Below, in pieces: positions 19,613 through 30,016 of a stretch of DNA of 60,742 nt (its first letter is position 1; every line of letters starts with the position of its first letter). Origin of the DNA: an uncultured virus (IMG/VR IMGVR_UViG_3300010998_000812). Its lineage: Duplodnaviria; Heunggongvirae; Uroviricota; Caudoviricetes. Both the position numbers and the translations under genes were made by a program. The stretch is from IMG/VR virus record IMGVR_UViG_3300010998_000812, one strand, 5' to 3'. A model generated the notes under the pieces. It was given only the letters and a program-made list of their open reading frames with translations. It had not been told where the DNA came from and did not search any database.

Positions 19613-19975
19613 ATGATCGAGATCAATATCCCTTCAACTTACGAGTTGATGTATGAATACGGCAACGGCAAAAGACTTTTGCTGAATAAGCCTGTGATCG
19701 AGATGAACGAAATCACTGAAGAAGTAGAGGAAGTCACTACCTTTCGCAGGTACGCTCAGCTTATGGTGCTACCTGACCCTACCATTATCAACCTCAGCCC
19801 TGCTGTAGAGATGATGTGTACGGACGCGGTCAATGCAGGAGCGGATATCTGGAAAGTATTTAAGGCGGTCAAGACCGTCTATGAGTTTACAGATGAAGGG
19901 TGTGAAACTCTCGAATTTCTGCCGGCTTACAAAGCTAAAACGGCTTTAGAGAAGCTGTTAAACAACATCAACTGA
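19613..19975 (+). CDS. Hypothetical protein
   Basis: AAGGA RBS before ATG 19613. Confidence 0.75.
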   Translation: MIEINIPSTYELMYEYGNGKRLLLNKPVIEMNEITEEVEEVTTFRRYAQLMVLPDPTIINLSPAVEMMCTDAVNAGADIWKVFKAVKTVYEFTDEGCETLEFLPAYKAKTALEKLLNNIN

Positions 19976-19996
19976 GAAGAGAAAGGAAGAATTATT

Positions 19997-20248
19997 ATGA
20001 GCAAAGAAAGATTTTCGGTTACGTTCACTTTTACCAACACCTATGAACGCACACTTTCTGACGACGAGGTTCAGGAGGCTCGCGAGTGGTTTGAGGAGCA
20101 TAAGAACGAAATCGAAGGTGCATATGAAATGTCCGATGCTGAGAAGATAGAGTGCGCTATCGTTGCGTTGAACGACGAGAACGACTACTTTACCGGCTCG
20201 GACGAGGTTGACAGCACTATGGAAAGCATAGATGTCACGGCTGAATAA
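19997..20248 (+). CDS. Acidic hypothetical protein
   Basis: ORF with RBS. Confidence 0.75.
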   Translation: MSKERFSVTFTFTNTYERTLSDDEVQEAREWFEEHKNEIEGAYEMSDAEKIECAIVALNDENDYFTGSDEVDSTMESIDVTAE

Positions 20249-20256
20249 ACAGGAGG

Positions 20257-20811
20257 ATGAACAATATGTCGAAGAAAATTACAGGGTATATGAAGCAGAA
20301 AATCGAAGACGCTCTTAAGCTGTGCGGATACTTTTCCTATGATGTAGATGGCGAGTACATCACATTTTCGGAAGGAAGCCCCGCAGGACAGGATTTCAGT
20401 ATTGAGATTGAGATACCTGAGCTGCACGGCAAACAGTTCAAGAGACAGTTCGACGAGCTCGCTGAAGCTGTGTACGAATACTGGCAGGGTTATGACCCTG
20501 ACGAGGAAGCGTCCCTCTGGACAGATGGCTTTGGTCATGGTACTGGAGGCGCTCCTTACAATCTTAAGGATCTGGTTGAGGATATGGAATGGTGCAAGGA
20601 GAGAATATACGACTTGTATCAGGCATTGACCGGCAATGAGGCTTACTTTGAGGCAACTGAAGGTGAGGATTTCATCGACGATCCGGATAAGATAGAAGAC
20701 TTCCTCTTGCTCAGCAAGGAGGAGTTTCTTGACTCATACAGCTACCTGAGGGAATCCGAATGGGAAGCTACAGCGGCTAAGCTTAAAGAGCTTATTAAGC
20801 AGACAGCATGA
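20257..20811 (+). CDS. Hypothetical phage-type protein
   Basis: AGGAGG RBS; SPAGQDFS and GHG.GAPY...DL motifs. Confidence 0.8.
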   Translation: MNNMSKKITGYMKQKIEDALKLCGYFSYDVDGEYITFSEGSPAGQDFSIEIEIPELHGKQFKRQFDELAEAVYEYWQGYDPDEEASLWTDGFGHGTGGAPYNLKDLVEDMEWCKERIYDLYQALTGNEAYFEATEGEDFIDDPDKIEDFLLLSKEEFLDSYSYLRESEWEATAAKLKELIKQTA

Positions 20812-20824
20812 GGAGGATATAATA

Positions 20825-21361
20825 ATGGTAAGAGAAATTGAAATGAGCTTGTACAGAGTAACATTCGATGGCTCATACGGCGGCAAATCTTTCATCGAAG
20901 CGGATAACATCAGCGAGCTTGAAGACTACATAGCGGATATGATAGTCAATGGTCGCAATGTAACCGCTGTCAATCGGGTCAATCTCGATGGTACAACACC
21001 GAGAATATCGGTTCTTTCCGATTCTTATTTCAAGAATGTACTTAAGAAGAAGAGAGAGGCTAAGATCCTTGAACTTGACCGGCGGCTGAGAGAACGCGAT
21101 ACTAAGAAAGCTTTATCATATAAGGATATAACGGCTGGCTTAGTAGTCAACGTGGATGTTGACAAGCTTGAAGATGACGAATTAGAAGAGAAAGAAACGC
21201 TTCTTGCCGCTCTCGGCGGAGAGAGTAATCATTGCACTGTTGTCAATTGCGTCTGCGATGAAGACGGCGAATATGTTGAGCTTGTGACCGAAAATGGTTA
21301 CGAGTTCAGTATATCTGTTGCTGAAATCGAGAACGGAGCACTTTCGCGTTCAGCGAAATAA
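20825..21361 (+). CDS. Two-domain hypothetical protein, paralog of 21684..22361
   Basis: DMI..G..V..V....DGTTP.ISVLS domain plus V.VD..KLED...I.NGA domain. Confidence 0.8.
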   Translation: MVREIEMSLYRVTFDGSYGGKSFIEADNISELEDYIADMIVNGRNVTAVNRVNLDGTTPRISVLSDSYFKNVLKKKREAKILELDRRLRERDTKKALSYKDITAGLVVNVDVDKLEDDELEEKETLLAALGGESNHCTVVNCVCDEDGEYVELVTENGYEFSISVAEIENGALSRSAK

Positions 21362-21381
21362 TTCAGAAGGAGGAGAAAACT

Positions 21382-21666
21382 GTGGCTATACAAAAGATGT
21401 ACACAGTAAAAGACGATAAGGAAAACGAACGCTTGCTTAATCTTTACTGCACGGCTTATATGATGTTTGCTGACAGCATTGAAAATCACGTTTATAGGCA
21501 TTGCGAAATGAACGGGATTGAAGAGATGACCAACGAAGAGCTTGAAACGGCTATAGTTGACTTTCTTGACAGCGCTAACGCACTGCATTATATAAATGAA
21601 ATAAGGAAAGAGTGTGAAGAACTTCTTCCTTTTGTGAAAAAGACTATCAAGCGAGCGTACGCTTAA
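21382..21666 (+). CDS. Hypothetical protein similar to the N-terminus of 29477..29998
   Basis: LNLY.TAY..F.D...HC.MN. Confidence 0.75.
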   Translation: MAIQKMYTVKDDKENERLLNLYCTAYMMFADSIENHVYRHCEMNGIEEMTNEELETAIVDFLDSANALHYINEIRKECEELLPFVKKTIKRAYA

Positions 21667-21683
21667 AGCTGGAGGATAAATAT

Positions 21684-22361
21684 ATGTACAGAAAAATAAC
21701 GAAGACACTTTATAAGGTAAGTAAGATGCGCCAGAGACCGGAATACGTTGAGGCATCTGATAAAATGGATCTTTATGACGCTGTATCCGATATGATAATC
21801 GCTGGAGAGGTCGTAAGCTCCGTTACGGAAATATGTGCTGACGGCACTACTCCGAAGGTTTCGGTACTTAGCAATCCTGATTTCAAGATGCTGCTGAAGT
21901 CCAAGCAGAAGGCTATTGATGATGCTAAGAAGCGTGAAAAGCTTCCGAATACCGACATCAAGAAGTACACTTGGGGTATGTTCGTAGACGTTGATCCCAG
22001 CAAACTCGAAGACAATCTTATCACATTTAGTGAGGATGAGCGGGTATGCTTAATATCTTTCGTTGACGACGATGAACTTTCCCTTGAGTCTTTTACAGGG
22101 ACATTCGAGTTTAATGTTACTGCAAAGGATATCGCAAACGGAGCTATAACTCCGTCTGAGCTTGTGGACGTACCGATAAATATCAATCAGATCATACGCT
22201 ATACACCGGTTGTAAAGCTTCCTAAGGCTATAATCGGAATTGCGGGCGATGATACGATAGCGAGCTATCTGGAAAGCAACGACGTTTTATGCGACCTTAT
22301 CCCGATACCCGAAGGAACTGAGCCGTATCTTGATTTCAATTCTATGTTCATTGACGATTAA
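21684..22361 (+). CDS. Hypothetical protein, paralog of 20825..21361
   Basis: Shared motifs; GGAGG RBS. Confidence 0.8.
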   Translation: MYRKITKTLYKVSKMRQRPEYVEASDKMDLYDAVSDMIIAGEVVSSVTEICADGTTPKVSVLSNPDFKMLLKSKQKAIDDAKKREKLPNTDIKKYTWGMFVDVDPSKLEDNLITFSEDERVCLISFVDDDELSLESFTGTFEFNVTAKDIANGAITPSELVDVPININQIIRYTPVVKLPKAIIGIAGDDTIASYLESNDVLCDLIPIPEGTEPYLDFNSMFIDD

Positions 22362-22394
22362 GAGCTACGGCACATAATAAAGGAACGGTGAAAA

Positions 22395-22652
22395 ATGGCT
22401 AAAATAACGAAAGAAAACTATCGGCGAACACGAAACGCTGTAATGTCAGCAATATACGATTATGTAGATGCTGAATCAGCGGATAGAAGGTCTGCTGCAA
22501 AGATAGTCAAGTCTTTTGAAAGGCTGAGAACCTTGCTTGACTCACTTGATATGGTACTTACCATTGATGAGCCAAATCAGAAAGAGGTTTGCTATCTGAG
22601 CGGAGCTAAGTTCGTCAGCTGGAAAAGACCCGGATATAAAAGTCTGGGCTAA
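22395..22652 (+). CDS. Hypothetical protein
   Basis: ORF with RBS. Confidence 0.7.
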   Translation: MAKITKENYRRTRNAVMSAIYDYVDAESADRRSAAKIVKSFERLRTLLDSLDMVLTIDEPNQKEVCYLSGAKFVSWKRPGYKSLG

Positions 22653-22729
22653 CGGGTAAACGAGTTTTGTACACATCCGCCTTAACCGACGGGTGTGTAT
22701 AAATTACATGAATAAGGAGAATTGAAAGT

Positions 22730-22906
22730 ATGGCATATATATGCACGAAACCGGCAGGGTCTTGTTCAAGCTGTAGCCACTTCCGCTATGATGAGGACTA
22801 TGGCGATAACGCTTGCTTTGCGTCGTATGACGAGAAGAAGGCTAAAGCTGAAACAAAGCATCCTCGGTACGATTATCCGGCAAAGGGTAACAAGAGCAAA
22901 TCATAA
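22730..22906 (+). CDS. Small Cys-rich protein (58 aa, not in the ORF track)
   Basis: AAGGAG RBS; MAYICTKPAGSCSSCSHFRYDEDYGDNACF... Confidence 0.6.
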   Translation: MAYICTKPAGSCSSCSHFRYDEDYGDNACFASYDEKKAKAETKHPRYDYPAKGNKSKS

Positions 22907-22922
22907 AGGAGAGAAAAATATA

Positions 22923-23522
22923 ATGAGCAGTGCGATAGAAGTGACCTTCTATAAGGTGGGTCAGAACAACGTGCTTGAGGTTATCTCTAAAATCACGGAG
23001 GCTTTCCGTGGTGATATAAATAACATTCTCGACGAGAACAGAATATTCATTCCGACTAACAGGTACAGCGAATGTAAAGAAGCTGACAACAACGAATGGC
23101 TTATGCGGGTTATGACAAGAAAGTTCCTTTACTGGAAACAGTATAGTCTTCTTGGAGTTGTTGGTACTACACCGAATATTGAAGGACTGAAAGGATACAG
23201 CGTTTACTTTCAGAACAGTACCGACCAAGACTACGAATACGCTGGATGGCCACCTTTTAAATTTTTTAAGGATACCATACGCGATGTCAAGTCAATGACG
23301 TCAGCAGACGTACTGAAAGAGCTGGATTGGGGTGACGATGATGAACTCCCGGACGACGGCTATTACAGAAGAACAGCGGTTTACAAACGGATATATGATA
23401 CATTGGGTCTGGAATGTGTTCTTGACGACATAGAAGGACCGTACATCAAGATCGCTACTAATCCGCTTGACACGCAGTATAGACAAATACGGGCGTTTAA
23501 TAAGCTTAAGACATTTTGCTGA
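22923..23522 (+). CDS. Hypothetical protein
   Basis: AAGGAG RBS before ATG 22923; YFQNSTDQDY motif. Confidence 0.75.
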   Translation: MSSAIEVTFYKVGQNNVLEVISKITEAFRGDINNILDENRIFIPTNRYSECKEADNNEWLMRVMTRKFLYWKQYSLLGVVGTTPNIEGLKGYSVYFQNSTDQDYEYAGWPPFKFFKDTIRDVKSMTSADVLKELDWGDDDELPDDGYYRRTAVYKRIYDTLGLECVLDDIEGPYIKIATNPLDTQYRQIRAFNKLKTFC

Positions 23523-23553
23523 TAAAGCATTACAAGAAGAAAGGAAAAGAATT

Positions 23554-24165
23554 ATGGAAACAAAGAAGAGAATTATACTTGACGAAATCAACTACTCCGA
23601 GGGAAAGATTTCTTTGAGAGGAGAGAAGACCACAGAAGACATGTATGGACTTAACAAGTTCGCGAGAGACAGCAATGCTACTATCCTGTGCTTCGATTAC
23701 CTCAACAGCAAGGGTGTTCTGAAGGACATCGTTGAGTATTACAAGGAAACTGAGCAGGAAGGCAATGCTTTAATCATTGATTTTGTGCTTGATGCCGATA
23801 AGGTAAAGCCCTATTTCGATGAACTGAAGTCCTATCTGACGAATATAGGTCGTAATCCGGAAAACTGCACACTTTTCAGGGTGGATGAGTACGGCGTATG
23901 CTTATATTCCGGCTGCATATCGCTGGCAAGCCTTATGCCTACATATCGTGATACATACGGCTGTGTAGGGAGAAGCTTCGAAGCTGGAGTTGTACAGCTC
24001 CTTAACGGTCTCGATGCACACACCGTATATGAGACAAGAGAAAAGGAAGGCGAGATAAAGGCAGGGATCAAAGCTATCGAGCTTTCTTGGAAGCCCACTC
24101 CATACGAGGAGCCTGATTGGGATACCATCTGCGAAGCAGAAGAAGCAGCTACAGCGAATGCATAA
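23554..24165 (+). CDS. Hypothetical protein
   Basis: AAAGGA RBS before ATG 23554. Confidence 0.75.
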   Translation: METKKRIILDEINYSEGKISLRGEKTTEDMYGLNKFARDSNATILCFDYLNSKGVLKDIVEYYKETEQEGNALIIDFVLDADKVKPYFDELKSYLTNIGRNPENCTLFRVDEYGVCLYSGCISLASLMPTYRDTYGCVGRSFEAGVVQLLNGLDAHTVYETREKEGEIKAGIKAIELSWKPTPYEEPDWDTICEAEEAATANA

Positions 24166-24181
24166 AGAAAGGAAAAAGCGA

Positions 24182-24538
24182 ATGAATAAGATATATGTAA
24201 CGAGTAAAGAAACTCTGGACGAACTCGAACTCGGCTCGGCTCTCACTATTGAGGGCTTAGCTGAAGATAGTATTCCGGATTTCATCAGCTGGATCAAGTC
24301 GTACACACCTATGAAAAACGAGGATGTGTACGTTATCAGCGGCAAGATGATGAACGACACCTACGGGCTTACGGGTAAGAACAGATATCAGGAAGACCTG
24401 ACGCTGGTGAGCGTCAAGCTTGACAGCATGGAAAACTGGATGTCAATTGTATATCCTCGGTTCAATGTAGGAGGGCGTTGGTTTGATGATATAGTCGATA
24501 ACAATGCGTATTTCGAACGGGAGGCATCAAATGCCTGA
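24182..24538 (+). CDS. Hypothetical phage-type protein
   Basis: SALTIEGL, G..MN..YGLTG.N.Y and RWFDDIVDNN motifs. Confidence 0.8.
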   Translation: MNKIYVTSKETLDELELGSALTIEGLAEDSIPDFISWIKSYTPMKNEDVYVISGKMMNDTYGLTGKNRYQEDLTLVSVKLDSMENWMSIVYPRFNVGGRWFDDIVDNNAYFEREASNA

Positions 24539-24722
24539 AAAGAAGTACATTGAGGTCGATACTTTGCTTGACGCCCTTCTCGAAAGAGAGGGAAACGACT
24601 ACAAGTATATCAAGCGCAGCGACCTCGGCTGTGTGGAAAACGTATTTTCTGCGATTGAGAAGCTCTTATATGAGCTTCCCGCCGCAGATGTTATGCCATC
24701 TGATAAGAAAGCAGGGATATAA
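24531..24722 (+). CDS. Small phage-type protein
   Basis: GGAGG RBS; YI..D.L...LPAADV. Confidence 0.7.
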   Translation: MPEKKYIEVDTLLDALLEREGNDYKYIKRSDLGCVENVFSAIEKLLYELPAADVMPSDKKAGI

Positions 24723-25453
24723 TGAGCAGAAAGTCAATTGTGTTCGACACTGATGCTGTCAGCTCAATAATAAAGGGGACAAAGACCGCTGCAAGGTTTG
24801 TAGTAAAGCCTCACAATCCAGTCAGAGCGGCAGGAGAGGATTACAGACAGGGTGTAGGTCTTTGGATAGACCCTACTACCGACAATCCGGATAAGGATGG
24901 TCATATAAAGGACTACAGTGTTTCTTCTTGTTGGAGTACATTCAAGTGGTATATAGACAAATTCGCTCCTTATCATATAGGCGATATAGTTTATATACGA
25001 GAAACATGGACAGAAAGTCACATCATCGGTCCTGACAAGTATTTTTATCGTGAGGAATTCGATTTGTCTGAGCCTCCGTATTCCAACTGGAAATGGAAGT
25101 CAGCAACTCGTATGCCGAAAGAAGCGGCACGTATCTTTCTCAGGATTACAGATGTAAGAATAGAAAGATTACAGGATATTACCGAGGATGACGCATACCG
25201 CGAGGGCGTAATGAAAGCTCATGATCAGTCCTTTAATACCGATTACTGGTATTATAAGGAAGGGCAGAACTACCCAAACGGCAAATGCTGGACGGAAAAC
25301 GCCAGACAGTGTTTCCTTTGGGGTATGTGGAACGGTAGACTTAAGAAGCCTAAGGAATACGAGCGGTACAATCAGAATCGTAATCCTTGGGTCTGGGTCA
25401 TAGAGTTCAAAGTAGATACTATCAACAACTCACCGGCTAAAGAAGCGGGTTGA
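24722..25453 (+). CDS. ASCH/PUA-like phage protein
   Basis: GD.VYIRETW, MPKEAARIFLRITDVRIERLQDI, NPWVWVIEF. Confidence 0.8.
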   Translation: MSRKSIVFDTDAVSSIIKGTKTAARFVVKPHNPVRAAGEDYRQGVGLWIDPTTDNPDKDGHIKDYSVSSCWSTFKWYIDKFAPYHIGDIVYIRETWTESHIIGPDKYFYREEFDLSEPPYSNWKWKSATRMPKEAARIFLRITDVRIERLQDITEDDAYREGVMKAHDQSFNTDYWYYKEGQNYPNGKCWTENARQCFLWGMWNGRLKKPKEYERYNQNRNPWVWVIEFKVDTINNSPAKEAG

Positions 25454-25482
25454 TAATTTGTGAAATATGAAAGGGAAAGAAT

Positions 25483-26577
25483 ATGAACGATGTAATGTAT
25501 TCAACAGCACTTAATCTGTTGGATGAGTATATGTCTCCGGTTGATTTCGCTAAGAAATATCATCTGAGCTATATTCACGATAAAGAAAATGACTTGTACA
25601 TCATGTACAGCAGAGAGGATATTCTTGAGAGCTTTAAGCTCTTAAGAAGCAATCTCAAAGCATTCGATGACGAAGACATGAAAGCCTTTAAGGGCACTAA
25701 AGCGGACTTATCGGCGAAGATCGATAAAGCGGAAACTATTTCCATCGATTTGATTGATAATCACATCGAAGAGATATTCTCTTATGTTCCGCTGACGAAG
25801 AACAAGAAGTTCAGCCTGAACAAAAGCGTGCTTTTGTACGCCTTTGATATTAAGGCTACCTTCAATCGGGACTACTTTTCTCAAAGCGAGGTCTGCTTAA
25901 GACTTGACCCTATATCATATCATCGCTCAACTCCGAATGTTTTATCTTCGTTCTATTACTATGATAACATGCTTATCCTCGAAATCAACGATGATTGCAG
26001 TTATACAAACAAGAAAAGACCGGAGAATATGTTCGATGAAAAGGGATGGCATAAGGTCGAAACCAAGAAGTTGTCTTATTTCAAACAGGCAGAGCTCAAG
26101 GTTGGTTCGAGTTATCTTGATGCCAAAGATTCTGAATATCTGTTTGTCGGCTATTGTACGATTTACACGCCGAAGCTCAAACCAGATGCGCCAAACCTCA
26201 GATACAATTCCAGCGCTTTGTATATACGGCTTACAGATAAGCTGAAGAAGCAAATTGCATCTGCCTCGACGATGTATGATTTTGTCAAAGGCTTTATGAA
26301 AGAAAGGCATGATAAGGCTTGTGCAAAGTCGGAATATGGTGTTAGTACATCTTGGTGCGACGGGTTTAATGAAACAGACAGCAAAAAGTTTCACACCTTG
26401 TCTAACACCTTCTTCGATAGCGATCATATCGGATACGACAAACCGATGCCATACGAGTTTAAAGACTTTGATTATAGTAGCAGTGATATGTCTGTGATAA
26501 CGAAAACCATAGACATAACATTTGGCGAAAAGCCGTTCTATGATGATCCGAGTCAGAAAGGTACTGTTTTCGAATAA
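25483..26577 (+). CDS. Hypothetical protein
   Basis: 364-aa ORF with RBS. Confidence 0.8.
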   Translation: MNDVMYSTALNLLDEYMSPVDFAKKYHLSYIHDKENDLYIMYSREDILESFKLLRSNLKAFDDEDMKAFKGTKADLSAKIDKAETISIDLIDNHIEEIFSYVPLTKNKKFSLNKSVLLYAFDIKATFNRDYFSQSEVCLRLDPISYHRSTPNVLSSFYYYDNMLILEINDDCSYTNKKRPENMFDEKGWHKVETKKLSYFKQAELKVGSSYLDAKDSEYLFVGYCTIYTPKLKPDAPNLRYNSSALYIRLTDKLKKQIASASTMYDFVKGFMKERHDKACAKSEYGVSTSWCDGFNETDSKKFHTLSNTFFDSDHIGYDKPMPYEFKDFDYSSSDMSVITKTIDITFGEKPFYDDPSQKGTVFE

Positions 26578-26612
26578 TTTAACTGTAATCAATAATAGAA
26601 AGGATTTATATT

Positions 26613-27293
26613 ATGATTAAATTTGAAAATTATTGCAAGCCTAATGGCAAAGAGCTTCTTGGCATCCCCGGCGCATTCGATGATGAAATAGATGGTGAAT
26701 TATCGCCTTGTCCTATTTGCGGCGGTGTTCCCAAGCCGATGGTAAGAGAAGATAGATTGGACGGATATTTCGCTGCTGTGTCATGTTTTAATGAGCGCGG
26801 AGCGGCACATGCTTACGTTTCGGCAAAAGGACATAGCGCTTATCCGAAGATTCTTGGCAAGGCTATTGCAGAGTGGAATAATGGCATTATTGAGATATAT
26901 GAAGGAAGAAAAAAATGCTTATATGACAGACATTCAAAAACTATGCATATAACTACTAAAGACTCTTTCGGCAAAGAAACGACATATAAGGTCGTAGATA
27001 AAATCCCTGCTGGATTTCAGATCTGGAATATAGGGCAGCACAATATGGGGAACGATAAATATATTCCTCTGTGTTATGTCATCTCGAATTCTGATGGACT
27101 GATGCCTATTGATAAAACCAGAATCTATGCTATGTATGTCGGCAGGGAAAGAGCAAAGCTGCTTATGAAGGCTGCGGGCTGTGGCGTTAACAGTCTCGTT
27201 TCAGCTGAAAAAGCACTTAAGAACAAAAAGGATATGCGCATGCACGAATACGCAAAGGAAACAATTGAAATCTTCAGAGAGATTTCAGAATGA
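26613..27293 (+). CDS. Hypothetical protein with an N-terminal Lar-like (CPICGG...A...WN) region
   Basis: LSPCPICGG...KAIAEWN. Confidence 0.7.
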   Translation: MIKFENYCKPNGKELLGIPGAFDDEIDGELSPCPICGGVPKPMVREDRLDGYFAAVSCFNERGAAHAYVSAKGHSAYPKILGKAIAEWNNGIIEIYEGRKKCLYDRHSKTMHITTKDSFGKETTYKVVDKIPAGFQIWNIGQHNMGNDKYIPLCYVISNSDGLMPIDKTRIYAMYVGRERAKLLMKAAGCGVNSLVSAEKALKNKKDMRMHEYAKETIEIFREISE

Positions 27294-27310
27294 TAAAAGG
27301 AGAAATAACT

Positions 27311-27493
27311 ATGAGTAAGAACATTATGGGCTACTGGATCCATTCAAACGACGACTGGTTCGACTTCTATCGCTGCTCGGAATGCGGTCATAAAGAACCG
27401 TACACACCCAATGACAGTGTTAAGAGGCATTGCGAATGCGGTTGCAGAATGGTAAATGCCACTGATAAGGGCATCGTAGACCTTAACAGATAA
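27311..27493 (+). CDS. Small Zn-ribbon protein
   Basis: G.WI...YRCSECG...C.CG..M. Confidence 0.7.
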   Translation: MSKNIMGYWIHSNDDWFDFYRCSECGHKEPYTPNDSVKRHCECGCRMVNATDKGIVDLNR

Positions 27494-27539
27494 TAATCAG
27501 AACATATACAAGGAAGAGACGGAAAACCGCCTCTTTTTT

Positions 27540-27610
27540 GTTTTGAACAGCAAAAAGTCATACTAAATACAGCATTATTATATGAAGAATGGAGTTTTAT
27601 GAAGTTCTGA
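27540..27610 (+). promoter_or_regulatory. CATACTA promoter and leader with MKF* minigene
   Basis: GTTTT-N14-CATACTA (27559); leader nearly identical to the one at 19526. Confidence 0.7.
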
Positions 27611-27637
27611 TTGTTATGCTGAAATCTTGCGTAAGGA

Positions 27638-27895
27638 GTGAAAACAGTGGAGAAGACTATTACAAAAGAGTTGACCAATGAAATAGGATCAAAACGTTGG
27701 TATAACGTTGAGATACCTAACGGCAGTGATGAGGAAAAGAAAAGAGCAGATAAATTCAAGGGATATCTTAAGAGAGCGGTTATCTACTACGAGGCAAGTG
27801 CCTTACCGGAGGATTATCTGCATTTTGAGATCTACACAGATGAACCCGCAACGGTTGATGATGCACTTGACAAAATCGTGTGGGTCGGTGAATAA
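27638..27895 (+). CDS. Hypothetical protein (start may be the second GTG at 27647)
   Basis: AAGGAG RBS. Confidence 0.7.
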   Translation: MKTVEKTITKELTNEIGSKRWYNVEIPNGSDEEKKRADKFKGYLKRAVIYYEASALPEDYLHFEIYTDEPATVDDALDKIVWVGE

Positions 27896-27908
27896 GGAGG
27901 AATATGCT

Positions 27909-28106
27909 ATGTATAAAAGAAAGACAAAGGATGTGTACGAGATACACACAAACTACGGCTATGGATGGGATATGGAATGCCCTGCCGAGGATCTGGCGGA
28001 TGCCAAGCGTTTACTTAAGGAATACAGAGAAAACGCTTTCGGTCGGTATGCAACCAAGCTTGTCAAGAAAAGAACGAAGATTGCGAGCGAGAACGCAAGC
28101 TTATAA
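27909..28106 (+). CDS. Small phage-type protein
   Basis: AGGAGG RBS; RKTKD...NYGYGW...EYREN. Confidence 0.75.
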   Translation: MYKRKTKDVYEIHTNYGYGWDMECPAEDLADAKRLLKEYRENAFGRYATKLVKKRTKIASENASL

Positions 28107-28118
28107 TCAGAACACATA

Positions 28119-28216
28119 AAGAGGGGCAGAAATGCCTCTCTTTTTGTTTTTATCTCTGTAATGTCATACTAAATATAGCATTATTATATGAAGAATGGAG
28201 TACTATGGAATTCTGA
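28119..28216 (+). promoter_or_regulatory. Terminator, CATACTA promoter and MEF* minigene leader
   Basis: GAGGGGCA-GAAA-TGCCTCTC; CATACTA at 28165; GAAGAATGGAG at 28190. Confidence 0.7.
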
Positions 28217-28257
28217 TTATACAATAATAGCTATTTTGATATGAAAGGACAGAGAAT

Positions 28258-28638
28258 ATGACAAAAACAGAGATACTTAAGAGGCTTGAAAAGGTCTATA
28301 AGAAGAGAAGCAGAGACAGCGTTGAGCTTCTGAACAGCCTTGTAAAGCTTATGGAAGATGTGGCGCGGGATATCAACGAAGAGTATCCTGAACTTCAGAA
28401 CTACGATGAAAAAGGCAAATGGAACTATTCCGATACAGGCGACGGTTTGTTTGATGAGGTGTTCCGTTATCGTATTATTTTCAGTGTTAATGGCAAGGAT
28501 TATCGCTTTGATACCGCTGCCGGACACGACAATGATGCTATGGGAATGTTCTTTGAAGCCAACCCCAACATAAGCTATTCGATGGTCAAGGCTATCATTT
28601 GCCTTGATGAAGAAGGCGATGACGAGGAGGATGAATAA
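28258..28638 (+). CDS. Hypothetical protein
   Basis: ORF with RBS. Confidence 0.75.
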   Translation: MTKTEILKRLEKVYKKRSRDSVELLNSLVKLMEDVARDINEEYPELQNYDEKGKWNYSDTGDGLFDEVFRYRIIFSVNGKDYRFDTAAGHDNDAMGMFFEANPNISYSMVKAIICLDEEGDDEEDE

Positions 28639-28830
28639 ATGGAAAACGCGAGAGTAAAAGAAATGATAGGAATATTAAGAGTTGTAAGCTGTGCTCCGGA
28701 AAGATGCGCAAATTGTGCTTCGTTTTGTCAGGAAGGCTCTATATCAGTTCCGTGCGGAGGGGACTTTCATCCCGATGACTGCGAATACGCAGACGAAGTA
28801 GAGTGCGAAGAAAGACTTAATAGGAAATGA
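28639..28830 (+). CDS. Small Cys-rich protein
   Basis: C...C..C...C motif; GGAGG RBS. Confidence 0.65.
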   Translation: MENARVKEMIGILRVVSCAPERCANCASFCQEGSISVPCGGDFHPDDCEYADEVECEERLNRK

Positions 28831-28841
28831 GGAGTACTAAT

Positions 28842-29111
28842 ATGTCAAAGAGCGAAAACCGTTGGTTTCTTATTGAGACCGGCGAAGGTGATGTGTCAAT
28901 TACACCGTTTTGCGAATATAAGGATGCGAGGCGTGCAATGTCAGCTTCGTACAACAATTATAAGATTTCGGATCCTGAGGAGACCGACGGCACTTGTTGG
29001 ATAACCAACAAAAGAGCTTATGTCGATTGTCCTTACAGCGGATGGCAGCGGAACTGGATAATTGTCGGGATAACCGAACTTATGTCCGCAACGGAAACAA
29101 TGATAAGATGA
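28842..29111 (+). CDS. Hypothetical protein
   Basis: GAGGAG RBS. Confidence 0.7.
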   Translation: MSKSENRWFLIETGEGDVSITPFCEYKDARRAMSASYNNYKISDPEETDGTCWITNKRAYVDCPYSGWQRNWIIVGITELMSATETMIR

Positions 29112-29126
29112 AAGGAAAAATGAATT

Positions 29127-29462
29127 ATGGATAAAGAAGTAAGAATGGCGGTACCGGGCGGCGAGCTTATCGCTTATGTAGATCCGGAACTCGGACAGGC
29201 AGGGATTATGTTTAAGAATGATGAAGACGAGGTCGAAGTTGATATTGCGTATACAAACCTCATTAAGCTCAACCCTAACGGAACAAGCAAAGAGTTTGCA
29301 ACGCTTCCCGGCGGACCGAACTTCAGAGGATGCAACGCTCTGAGCATAATGACCTACGGAGATCCGTACACAGAGGATTATACGAACAAAGAGACGGTAA
29401 AATTCGATGATATTCAGAAGTCTCTGACCTCGTGTGATGTTCCCGATTCCCAAAAGATGTAA
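29127..29462 (+). CDS. Hypothetical protein
   Basis: Y.DP..EDYT motif; RBS. Confidence 0.75.
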   Translation: MDKEVRMAVPGGELIAYVDPELGQAGIMFKNDEDEVEVDIAYTNLIKLNPNGTSKEFATLPGGPNFRGCNALSIMTYGDPYTEDYTNKETVKFDDIQKSLTSCDVPDSQKM

Positions 29463-29476
29463 GAGGGGTACTGTCT

Positions 29477-29998
29477 ATGGCGATGAGAAAAGTATTCGAT
29501 AACGATGACAAGGCTTTGGAAAAGGAACTTAATCTGTATGCCACCGCATATCTGATTTTTAAAGATGATAATGAAACGAACCTCAATCATTGCATGATGA
29601 ACAAAGGTTTATTTCAGATGGCGGCTGAAGAGGTTCATGAGAAAGTCATTGAATTTCTCTCGGAGGTTTCTGCAACCTATGCCGGCGATGAAGCTTTTAT
29701 CACCGATATCAAGACTGAATGCGAGGAACTGGTTCCTTATGTTGAAGAACTTATCAGCAGAGAAAAGAAACTTATACAGCGTCTTTATAAGATGGCGGCG
29801 TCGGAAGATCCTACCATTGAGGAAAGAGGCGATCTTGAAACACGCCGGAACGACAGCGAAGATTTTCTTGAAGTGTCGGTGTGGGCTATCAGGGAAATGC
29901 TGAAAAAAGCCTACAAAGCCGGTTACGAAGACGGAAAGTTATTCAAGGCTAAAAGATACCTCCAATTAATAAAGAACGCATTGTGTGAGGAAACCTAA
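29477..29998 (+). CDS. Fusion protein with a C-terminal DUF6900-like domain
   Basis: RGDLETRRNDSEDFLEVSVW...L..AY.AG. Confidence 0.7.
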   Translation: MAMRKVFDNDDKALEKELNLYATAYLIFKDDNETNLNHCMMNKGLFQMAAEEVHEKVIEFLSEVSATYAGDEAFITDIKTECEELVPYVEELISREKKLIQRLYKMAASEDPTIEERGDLETRRNDSEDFLEVSVWAIREMLKKAYKAGYEDGKLFKAKRYLQLIKNALCEET

Positions 29999-30016
29999 TA
30001 CAGAAAGGATAGTACT